From assembly GCA_026004615.1 (NCBI GenBank), contig BPJM01000001.1:251482-315481 (forward strand): a stretch of 64,000 nucleotides of DNA. The letters are read 5' to 3'. This document shows positions 40,430 through 48,160 of this stretch, in pieces. Origin of the DNA: Planctomycetota bacterium. GTDB taxonomy: Bacteria > Planctomycetota > J058 > J103. The notes under the pieces were generated by a model. The model made no database searches, was not told the origin of the DNA, and saw nothing but the letters and a program-made list of their open reading frames with translations. How positions within the stretch are numbered: position 1 is the first letter of the stretch; every line of letters begins with the position of its first letter. The translations under genes and the position numbers were made by a program.

Positions 40430-42424
40430 TCAGACCGCCGCGTGCATGGGTTCGCGGATCACCCACAGATCCTGCACCCGCTCGGCGGTGCGGATCGTGA
40501 ACGCGACCTCCTCCCGCCGCTCCGCCTCCCAGACATGAAGCGCGAATCCGCCGCGCGTCACGCCGAACACCAGGTCCGAGGCCCCATCGACCCAGCGGAT
40601 CTGATCGGGGCCGCGGTAGTCGAACGAGCCGCCCTCCTCGAGCGAAACCGCGGTGATGCCGTGCTCCTTGGCGCCGATGAGCAGGTGCGGCATGCCGCCG
40701 ATCTCGGCCACCCGCAGCATGTAGATCGGATTGGCCTTGCGCACCCCGACCTCCCGCGGCGAACCCGGGTCATCCACCGACCAGCGCAGCACCCGACCCT
40801 CGCTGGTGCCTGCGAAGATCTCGTGGCGGGTGGTGGCAAAGGCCGTGACGGCGCCATGACCACCCCGGTAGCGCACAAGCGCCCGTTCCGGGTGCAGCAG
40901 CTCCGCGCGGTAGACGTCCGGCCCCGACGAGAAGTACATGCGCCCCTGACCGTCGATCGTCACCCCGCGCGTGACCTCCTGCCCGCGCGTCACCTCCTCG
41001 AACAGCTGCTCCGGTCCGCGCACCTGATACTGGTCCCAGCGGTACAAGCCCAGCTCGGAATGGGTGGCGTAGATGTAGCCGTCGAAGTACGCAGCCGCGT
41101 TGACCCCGCCCTGGCCGCGCGGCTCGCGCGGAAAGCGCAGCGCACGCGCCGTCGCGGGCAGCCCCTCCTGCACCAGATAGACCCCGCGCTGCGCGCCGGC
41201 CAGCACGCACGGCCCCTCGCGGGTGACGGCAGCCCGCACGCTGCGCACGAATCCGAGCGGCCCCCCGGTGAAGTCGTAGCACTCGCGGGGCCCCTCGCGC
41301 CGGCTCGGATTGGCCGGATCGTAGGCGAGCGCCTGCTGCCCGAGGGCCAGCAGCACGCGCCGGGTACGCATGCCCCCCTCCGCCAGCCGCCGCTGCCGCT
41401 CCCCCTCGCACTGGGCCATGTGGCGGGCAAACTTCTCCAGCCGCTCCTGCAGCCGCCGCTCCAGCTCGTCCACCTGCGCCGCGGCGAGCTGTTCCGGCGT
41501 CATGTCGCGGCGGATCAGCTCGCGGATCAGCTCCGCGCGCAGCCGCTCGTCCTCCAGGAGGAAGATGAGCGCCTTGGTCTCGTCCATGCCCAGCTGGCGC
41601 CGGATGGCCTCGAAACGGCGCAGCTCCTCCTCGGTCCGGCGGCGTTCCAGCTCGCTCTTGAGCGAGAGATCCTTGAGCACGCCCTGGAAGCGCAGCGCCC
41701 GCGCCAGTTCCTCGACCTCGGCGCGCTGCAGCTGATCGCTGCGCTCGATGCGCACCCGCAGCTCCTGGATCCGCTCGTGCTGCGCCAGTGCCTCCTCACG
41801 CGCGCGCGCCTCGGCGCGCTGGCGGCGCAGCTCCTCGTACGCCGCACAGGCGAACGAGGGGTAGCGCACCTCCAGCACCTCCAGCCCGGCACCGAACGCA
41901 AGCGCCCCCAGCTCCTCGCGCACCAGCGGCTCCAGCACCGCGCGCGCCTCCGACTCCATGAGTTCCTCGGTGCCGCAGCCGCGCACGTAGCGTCCCAGCC
42001 CCGCCTGCACCCCGGGCCTGAGATAGGCACGCAGATCGTCGAGCGCCACCGCTGCCCGCGCCCGCGCGACCAGCAGCGTCCGCTCGAACTGCTCGACGTC
42101 GATGGCGCGGCGCGGCAGCCGCACCACCACCTCGACGCCCGCGGTCGCCTCGTCGCCGTCGCGCGTCCGCAATCCGCTCACCTCGAAGGCAATCGCAACG
42201 TCCAGCTGCTTGATCAACAGCGCCCGAAAACCGTCCCGCGGCCCGCTCGCCCGCTCGCCCTCCCCCAAAAGCCGCTCCTGCCCGTCGTCGTAGCGCACGA
42301 GCGCCACCGCGCCCTGCGGGACCACGAGCTGCTTCGACAGCAGACCCGGCAGCTCGGCCGCCTCGACGCGCAGCCCCAGCACCTCCGGCGCGTCCGCAAA
42401 GCCCGACCACTCGCTCGTGCCCAT
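40430..42424 (-). CDS. SPFH/band-7-like N-domain + long coiled coil + C-terminal beta-propeller-like protein (cluster member)
   Basis: ATG at 42424 (MGTSEWSGF..). N-part: LVVPQGAVALVRYDDG..DVAIAFEVSGLRTRDGDEATAGVEVVVRLPRRAIDVEQF.. (SPFH-like, by inference). Glu/Arg coiled coil: EELRRQRAEARAREEALAQHERIQELR... C-part: repeated beta-strand blades (..VYLV..YIYATHSELGLYRW..GRMYFSSG..EIFAGTSEGRVLRWS..LLIGAKEHGITAV..). Confidence 0.7.
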   Translation of the reverse strand: MGTSEWSGFADAPEVLGLRVEAAELPGLLSKQLVVPQGAVALVRYDDGQERLLGEGERASGPRDGFRALLIKQLDVAIAFEVSGLRTRDGDEATAGVEVVVRLPRRAIDVEQFERTLLVARARAAVALDDLRAYLRPGVQAGLGRYVRGCGTEELMESEARAVLEPLVREELGALAFGAGLEVLEVRYPSFACAAYEELRRQRAEARAREEALAQHERIQELRVRIERSDQLQRAEVEELARALRFQGVLKDLSLKSELERRRTEEELRRFEAIRRQLGMDETKALIFLLEDERLRAELIRELIRRDMTPEQLAAAQVDELERRLQERLEKFARHMAQCEGERQRRLAEGGMRTRRVLLALGQQALAYDPANPSRREGPRECYDFTGGPLGFVRSVRAAVTREGPCVLAGAQRGVYLVQEGLPATARALRFPREPRGQGGVNAAAYFDGYIYATHSELGLYRWDQYQVRGPEQLFEEVTRGQEVTRGVTIDGQGRMYFSSGPDVYRAELLHPERALVRYRGGHGAVTAFATTRHEIFAGTSEGRVLRWSVDDPGSPREVGVRKANPIYMLRVAEIGGMPHLLIGAKEHGITAVSLEEGGSFDYRGPDQIRWVDGASDLVFGVTRGGFALHVWEAERREEVAFTIRTAERVQDLWVIREPMHAAV

Positions 42425-42483
42425 GAATGCCGATCCTCGCCGTCTCGGCCCGGCACGCCGCCGGGCTCGCTCCTTCCGCACCC

Positions 42484-43635
42484 TCAGTTCGCGCGCGCGT
42501 ACTGCTCGAACCGCGCCAGCTCCTCCGGTCGCACCGAAGGGCGCAGCTCCTCCAGCAACCGCTCCAGCAGCGCCGCGTCGATCACCGCTTCCTCCCCGCG
42601 CTCCACCGCCGCCAGGAAGGACTCCGCGGCCGCGGTGTCGCACAGGTTGCGTACATCCGCCCCCGACCAGCCCTCCAGCCGTGCCGCCAGCAGGTCCAAA
42701 TCGACGTCGCGGGCCACCGGCCGCTCCGCCAGGTACATCTCCAGCATCTTGCGCCGCGCCGGCAGGTCCGGCAGCGGCACGTACACCTTGGCGTCGAACC
42801 GCCCCGGCCGCAGCACCGCCGGATCGAGCGACCACGGCTCGTTGGTCGCGCCCAAGAAGAGCAGCGGGTTCTTGCCGTCGCTGTCGAACCCCTCCAGCTC
42901 CGCGAGCACCTGTGGCACCACGCGCTGCATCACGCTCGACTGGGTGTCGCGCCGCGCCGGCACCAGCGCCTCGATCTCGTCGATGAAGATCACGCTCACC
43001 GGGTGGCGCCGCGCCTCGGCGAACAGCTCCGCCACGTTCTTCTCCGACTCGCCGACCCACTTCGACAGGATCTCGCTGGGGCGCACCGTGAAGAACGCTG
43101 CCTCGACCTCGCCCGCCACCGCCTTCGCGATCAGCGTCTTGCCCGTGCCCGGCGGCCCGTAGAGCAACAGCCCCCCTCCGGGACGGATCCGGTACCGGCG
43201 GGCCACCTCGGCGTGCCGCAGGGGATAGATCAACTTGAGCCGGATCTGCTCCTTGACCTCCTCCAGCCCGGCCACGTCCGCAAACCGTACCCGCGGCCGC
43301 TCGGCCTGACGGAAGCCGGCCGGCCCCGCTGCCTCCAGCGCCTCCGCCTGGCCCAGGCGCGCGGGCGCGGCGCCCTCGGCGCGCGCCGCGCCGCCCCGCG
43401 GCGGCGCCTGCGGGTCGATACGGCGCGCCAGCTCCTTGAGCCGGTGCGCGTTGCGCACGCGCTGTTCGCGCAGCCGGCCCTCGGAGGCCGCCGCCACCCG
43501 GTACAGGTATTCCGCAGCCTTGAGCAGGCGGTAGCGCGCTTCCTGCCACGCGCCGGCGCGGTAGGCCGCCAGCCCGCGTTCGCGGCTCTCCTCGAAGCGC
43601 TCCAGCAGGAAGCGCTGGCTCGCGCCGCCGCCCAT
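42484..43635 (-). CDS. Vps4/katanin/spastin-clade AAA+ ATPase with N-terminal MIT-like three-helix domain (copy 1)
   Basis: ATG at 43635. N-terminus: RERGLAAYRAGAWQEARYRLLKAAEYLYRVAAASEGRLREQRVRNAHRLKELARRI (MIT-like). GLLLYGPPGTGKT (Walker A), SKWVGESEKNVAELF (pore loop 1 of the meiotic clade), VIFIDEIEAL (Walker B), GATNEPWSLDPAVLRPGRFD, VYVPLPDLPARRKML. Confidence 0.85.
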   Translation of the reverse strand: MGGGASQRFLLERFEESRERGLAAYRAGAWQEARYRLLKAAEYLYRVAAASEGRLREQRVRNAHRLKELARRIDPQAPPRGGAARAEGAAPARLGQAEALEAAGPAGFRQAERPRVRFADVAGLEEVKEQIRLKLIYPLRHAEVARRYRIRPGGGLLLYGPPGTGKTLIAKAVAGEVEAAFFTVRPSEILSKWVGESEKNVAELFAEARRHPVSVIFIDEIEALVPARRDTQSSVMQRVVPQVLAELEGFDSDGKNPLLFLGATNEPWSLDPAVLRPGRFDAKVYVPLPDLPARRKMLEMYLAERPVARDVDLDLLAARLEGWSGADVRNLCDTAAAESFLAAVERGEEAVIDAALLERLLEELRPSVRPEELARFEQYARAN

Positions 43636-43691
43636 CACCCCGGCTCCCGTGCCCGGCCGTGCCCGGCCCACACCGCGCTCACTGCCTCCGC

Positions 43692-45233
43692 CTACCAGCA
43701 GGCGCGGCGTGTCCCTGCCGCACCCGAGCCCTCGCGCGGCGCCGGCAGGCGGTAGGTGGCGAGCGGCTCGCGTTCGCCCCGCCGGTAGACCCGCACCAGG
43801 CGTTCCCCGCTGACGGCATCCGTGGCGAGCACCATGCGAAAGCGGCCGCTGCGATACACTCCATCCGGGCGCCCGTCGTGCGCCAGCCAGCCCGCGGCCC
43901 CGGCGGCCCGCTCGAGCGGGGGCAGCTCCAGCCCGTCCCACCGAACGCCCAGCCCCTGGCGCGAGAGCACCAGCCACGCGGCCACCGCGAGCGGCGAGGC
44001 CACCGCCCCCAGCACGAGGGCAGCACCCAGTGCCCGCGAGGCGCGCCGGCTGGGCCGGCTGCCGGCGCTGCGCCCCGCGGCCGGCCCAGCCGGCTGCTGC
44101 GCCCGCCGCCCCGAGCGGAGCGCGCGCCAGCCCTCGCCGCCAGCACCGAACGGCGCGAGGTGGCCGGCCCCCGACGGCGCCAACGAGCCCGGTCCCTGCC
44201 CGCTCGCAACAAAGCCCGCCACCTGCCCGGCGCCAGCTGGCCCGGCGCAGAGAACCGGCCCCGCCGCCCGGCCTTCGCCACTCCCGCCCTGGCGCGCCTC
44301 CTCGCCGAACAAGGCGCCCAGAACCGCCGCCCAGCTCGCCGCCACAGGCGCCCCGGACGCAACGGCACGCACCGCCGCCGCCCCGGGTCGCTGGCTGGGC
44401 AGCTCACCCCAGCGCGGACCGCCGGCGATCGCCTCCAGGTCGCGGGCCAGCTCCGCCAGCGAACCGTAGCGCCGCTCGCGGCCCGTGTAGCAGCGGCTGT
44501 AGATGTGGTCCCACCACCACGAGATCGCCGGGTTCACGTCGCTCGGCAGGTCGCGCCCCTGCGGCAGGATCCCGGTCAACATCTCGAACAACAACACCCC
44601 GATCGCGTAGATATCGGCGCGGTGGTCGATCTGTTCGCCGGGCCGCTCCTGCTCCGGCGCCATGTAGTGCACGGTCCCGAGCGCGCCCCCGGTCACCAGG
44701 CTCGGGCGGAGCCCGTCCTGCCCCGGCGGAGCCTGCCCGGCGCTCGGGCCACCGCCGACCTGGAAGTCCGTGATGCGCACCCGCCAGGTCTCTGCCCGCC
44801 CGCCCGCCTCCGCCCCCTCGACGAGCACGTTTTCCGGCTTGAGGTCGCCGTGCACCACCCCGCGGGCGTGCGCGTAACCTACGGCCTCCACCACCTGGCG
44901 CAACACCGCGGCGGCGTCCGCCACCTCCAGCCGCCCCCGCTCGCGCAACAGCTGCCGCAGGCTGCGCCCCACCACCAGCTCCCGCACCAGGAACGCCGGG
45001 CGGTGGCTGAGGTTGACATCGTGCACGCGGACGATCCCGGGGTGCTCCAGGCCGAACTGCGCCCGCGCTTCCCGCAACAGCCCCGCGATCGCGCTGTCCG
45101 AGGTGGCGAGCTTGAGGGCGACCGTTCGCGACAGATAGACGTGCTCGGCCCGCCACACCTCGCCGTGCGCCCCGACGCCGAGGCGCTCGACCAGCCGCCA
45201 CTGCTGCACCCGCGTCCCCTCGCGCACGTCCAT
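43692..45233 (-). CDS. membrane-anchored Ser/Thr kinase-like protein with atypical catalytic motifs (HGD, DFQ)
   Basis: ATG at 45233. LGVGAHGEVW, VALKL, HGDLKPENVLV, ITDFQVGG, VHYMAPEQ. A long Gly/Ala/Pro linker, then a TM (ALGAALVLGAVASPLAVAAWLVL) and a ~100-aa extracytoplasmic tail. Confidence 0.82.
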   Translation of the reverse strand: MDVREGTRVQQWRLVERLGVGAHGEVWRAEHVYLSRTVALKLATSDSAIAGLLREARAQFGLEHPGIVRVHDVNLSHRPAFLVRELVVGRSLRQLLRERGRLEVADAAAVLRQVVEAVGYAHARGVVHGDLKPENVLVEGAEAGGRAETWRVRITDFQVGGGPSAGQAPPGQDGLRPSLVTGGALGTVHYMAPEQERPGEQIDHRADIYAIGVLLFEMLTGILPQGRDLPSDVNPAISWWWDHIYSRCYTGRERRYGSLAELARDLEAIAGGPRWGELPSQRPGAAAVRAVASGAPVAASWAAVLGALFGEEARQGGSGEGRAAGPVLCAGPAGAGQVAGFVASGQGPGSLAPSGAGHLAPFGAGGEGWRALRSGRRAQQPAGPAAGRSAGSRPSRRASRALGAALVLGAVASPLAVAAWLVLSRQGLGVRWDGLELPPLERAAGAAGWLAHDGRPDGVYRSGRFRMVLATDAVSGERLVRVYRRGEREPLATYRLPAPREGSGAAGTRRACW

Positions 45234-45393
45234 GGTCGCACCACTCCCTGGGCTGTGCTGTCGTTGCGGCGGCGGGTCCTTCCTCCCACGCCCGGCGCGC
45301 CCGCGGCCGGCCCCCGGTCCGTGCGCTTTCACGGTAGCACCCGCCACGCCCCGCGACAAGCCGATCCGGGGCGGAGCTGGGCGGGACCGGGAC

Positions 45394-45990
45394 TTACTCG
45401 CGCTCGCGCAGCTCGCGTTCGATCTCGCCGAGCCCCGACTCGATCTCGCGGTCCAGCGCCCGCTGTTCCTCGTGCGCCGCTTCCTCCTCGATGAGCCGGT
45501 CGATCTCGGCCTCGCTGACCTCCTCCTCGTCGAAGGCCTTCTCGGTGAACATCGTCTCCTGCGAGGCCTCGAGGAACAGCTCCGCCTGCTGCTCGAAGGT
45601 CTCGGCCTGCAGCATGGCCTTCTCGAAGTTGGCCTGGACCTCCGCCCAGTTGATGTCCCCGAAGACCTCGGCGATCGACTTCGAGATCATGGCCAGCGAG
45701 CGGGCGAACTGGCCCTGCATCTCCATCTGGTTCTTGCGCTGCGCGGCCGTCTCGATCGCCAGCAGCTGCCGTTCCAGTGCCCGCCGCTGCGCCGCCGTCT
45801 GGCGGATGGTGCGCTTGAGGAAGCGGACCTGGTCCTCCGCGCCGAGCTGGCGCGCTCGCCGCGCCTTCTTGATGTACTCCTGCTCGTGGCGCAACAGCTC
45901 CCGGATGCTCCGCTTGCAGGCGTTGATGCCCTTGCGGATCTCCATGTCTCGCTCCAGCTTGCGTTCCTGCTTGGACTTGAACAGCCCCAT
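45394..45990 (-). CDS. ESCRT-III superfamily protein, CHMP2/3 (Vps2/24)-like (198 aa)
   Basis: ATG at 45990. MGLFKSKQERKLERDMEIRKGINACKRSIRELLRHEQEYIKKARRARQLG..FLKRTIRQTAAQRRALERQLLAIETAAQR..QMEMQGQFARSLAMISKSIAEV.. has a basic helical-hairpin N-half and an acidic C-tail ..EEEVSEAEIDRLIEEE... Confidence 0.8.
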   Translation of the reverse strand: MGLFKSKQERKLERDMEIRKGINACKRSIRELLRHEQEYIKKARRARQLGAEDQVRFLKRTIRQTAAQRRALERQLLAIETAAQRKNQMEMQGQFARSLAMISKSIAEVFGDINWAEVQANFEKAMLQAETFEQQAELFLEASQETMFTEKAFDEEEVSEAEIDRLIEEEAAHEEQRALDREIESGLGEIERELRERE

Positions 45991-46098
45991 CGGACGGCGC
46001 TCCTCATCGCCAGCAGCCGGCGGCGCCTCGGCCGGTGGCGCACCCGGCTGCCGCGCCGCCCGCCGCACCGCCCCTGCTCCGCCACACCCTGCCCTGCC

Positions 46099-47385
46099 TC
46101 AGACCGACATGCTCTCCTGCCAGCGGATGAACTGCTCCATCTCCTCCGGACTGGTCTGCGGCGTGATGCGCTGCGCGGCGTGCTCGAAGTCCGCCCGCGT
46201 CAGCTGGCGCACCCGCAAGCGGTAACCGCGCACCGCCTCCAGGCCGCGGTCGACGAGCTCCGCCAGCTCGGGGTTCATCTCCGCGATCATGCGGTTCTGC
46301 ACCTCCTTGGCGAACCGCTCCAGCTCCCGGCCGCTGTAGCCGGCCGTCATCTCGACCAGCTCCTCCAGCGGCACCTCGCTCGCAAACCCCTTGGCGGCGA
46401 AGTGGATGTTCAGGATCGCGGCGCGGCTCGCCGCGTCGGGCAACGGGATGAGCACCTTCTTGTCGAAGCGCGACAGCACCGCCTCATCGAGATCCCAGGG
46501 ACGGTTGGTGGCGGCGATCGTCAGCACGTAGATGTCATCCCGGCCCTTCTCGGCCAGCCCATCGAGCTCCGCCAGGATGGTCGACAGCAGTCGCCGCTCC
46601 GCCCCCGAATCCTCGCGGTCACGCGAGCCGGCGAGCGCATCGAACTCATCCAGGAACACCACCGAGGGCGAGGCATCGCGTGCCTGCCCGTACAGCTCGC
46701 TGACCAGCCGCGCCGACTCGCCGAAGTACTTGGACATGAGCGAGCTGACCTTGACGTTGTAGAACACCGCACGCGTCTCGTGTCGCGCGCTGCGCCGCAA
46801 CGCGTTGGAGGTGGCGGCGGCCAGCAGCGTCTTGCCGGTGCCGGGAGGGCCATAGAACATCATGTTCCGAAAGCGGCTGACCCGCACCCCCTCGGGCGCC
46901 TGCGCCAGCGAGAGTGCAAGCGCATACTTGATCTCGCGCTTGACCTCCTCCAGCCCCCCGATCTCGTCCCAGGTCACGCTCGAGGCTGTGATGAGCCCGG
47001 CGACCGCACTGGCCAGCGCCTCGTCGTCCTCGCGCGCCACCGAGCCTGCACGCCGCTCCAGGCCCGCGGCACCGCTCGCTCGCCCGCCGGCGGCGGGCTG
47101 ATCCTGCCGGTCGGCGGCCGGCTCCGCGCCGCGGCCCCGCTCGTGCACCGGCGGCGCCTCGCCGGCGAGCAGGCGCTTGCCCACCTCACGGAAGCGCAGC
47201 GCATCCTTTTTGTGCTTGTATTCCGAGCGCCGGTCGGGCGCGTTGTGGGCGAGCTTGAGCGCCAGCCGCGACGCCAGCTCGTAGTCCGCGGCCGCGCGCG
47301 CGTCCTCGCCTGCCAGATAGCGCTTGCGCGCCCGCTCCAGCGTCTGTACCAGCGCGCGCCTCAGATCCGTGCTCAGATCGACCAT
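46099..47385 (-). CDS. Vps4-like AAA+ ATPase with MIT-like N-domain (copy 2)
   Basis: ATG at 47385. N-terminus: LERARKRYLAGEDARAAADYELASRLALKLAHNAP..KHKKDALRFREVGKRL (MIT-like). MMFYGPPGTGKT, SKYFGESARLVSELY, VVFLDEFDAL, AATNRPWDLDEAVLSRFDKKVLIPLPD (compare Vps4 ATNIPW.LD.A..RRFE.RIYIPLPD), and a C-terminal helix ..SPEEMEQFIRWQESM. Confidence 0.85.
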   Translation of the reverse strand: MVDLSTDLRRALVQTLERARKRYLAGEDARAAADYELASRLALKLAHNAPDRRSEYKHKKDALRFREVGKRLLAGEAPPVHERGRGAEPAADRQDQPAAGGRASGAAGLERRAGSVAREDDEALASAVAGLITASSVTWDEIGGLEEVKREIKYALALSLAQAPEGVRVSRFRNMMFYGPPGTGKTLLAAATSNALRRSARHETRAVFYNVKVSSLMSKYFGESARLVSELYGQARDASPSVVFLDEFDALAGSRDREDSGAERRLLSTILAELDGLAEKGRDDIYVLTIAATNRPWDLDEAVLSRFDKKVLIPLPDAASRAAILNIHFAAKGFASEVPLEELVEMTAGYSGRELERFAKEVQNRMIAEMNPELAELVDRGLEAVRGYRLRVRQLTRADFEHAAQRITPQTSPEEMEQFIRWQESMSV

Positions 47386-47413
47386 GGCCGTGCCGAACCC
47401 GCCCGCCCCTCGC

Positions 47414-48052
47414 TCACAGCTCGCTCTCGGAAACGGGCTCCTCTTCGAGCCGCTTCGCCAGCTTCTCCTCCCGCTCCAGCGCCTCGTCGAGCTGCCCCGC
47501 CGCCTCGGCGGCATTGATGGCGTCGATCTCCTCGAGGAACCGCGCCTTGTCCGGATCCGCCTCCTCGGTCTCCCACGATTCGATCTCGATTCCGACCTCG
47601 TCGAGCGTCGCGTTCAGCTCGTCGATGTAGGCCGCCTCATCCACCTCTGCCCCCCGCAGCTTCTCGTCGAGTCCGGAGACGCGCACCCGCTCGATCAGCG
47701 AGCGGATACGGTTCTGGTCCCCGCTGCGCTCCAGCCGCTCCAGCCCGCGCAGATACCGCGTCAGGCCGACCATCTCCAGCGCCACCACCTTGCTCTCGCG
47801 CTTGAGATAGGCGGTATCGATCCGCACCTGGCGCAGCTCCTCCCACAGCACGTCCACCTCGACGCCGCTGCCCTCCCGCCGCGCCCGCTTGATGCGGTCC
47901 ACCAGCTCGGAGCGGCGGCTCTCCAGCTTGCGCATCTGCATGCGCTTCTTGCGCGCCTCACGCTTGAGCCCCAGCAGCGCCACCTTGAGGTCGCGGCTGG
48001 TGACCTCCTTTTTGCGGCCGAAGAGCTGCTCGAAGATCCCCTTGATCGGCAT
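47414..48052 (-). CDS. ESCRT-III/Snf7-like protein (212 aa) with MIM-like C-terminal motif
   Basis: ATG at 48052 after GGGAGA. MPIKGIFEQLFGRKKEVTSRDLKVALLGLKREARKKRMQMRKLESRRSELVDRIKRARREG.., a helical hairpin with a basic N-half. Acidic C-half ending ..LEREEKLAKRLEEEPVSESEL. Confidence 0.75.
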   Translation of the reverse strand: MPIKGIFEQLFGRKKEVTSRDLKVALLGLKREARKKRMQMRKLESRRSELVDRIKRARREGSGVEVDVLWEELRQVRIDTAYLKRESKVVALEMVGLTRYLRGLERLERSGDQNRIRSLIERVRVSGLDEKLRGAEVDEAAYIDELNATLDEVGIEIESWETEEADPDKARFLEEIDAINAAEAAGQLDEALEREEKLAKRLEEEPVSESEL

Positions 48053-48160
48053 CCGCGATCTCCCGTCCCACTCCGACCGCCGCCAGCCCGCCCGCCCAGC
48101 GGGCGCACCGCGGCCTCCTTCGCCCTCCGCGCGCCCGGCCCTGCCCGCGCGCTCGCTGCG

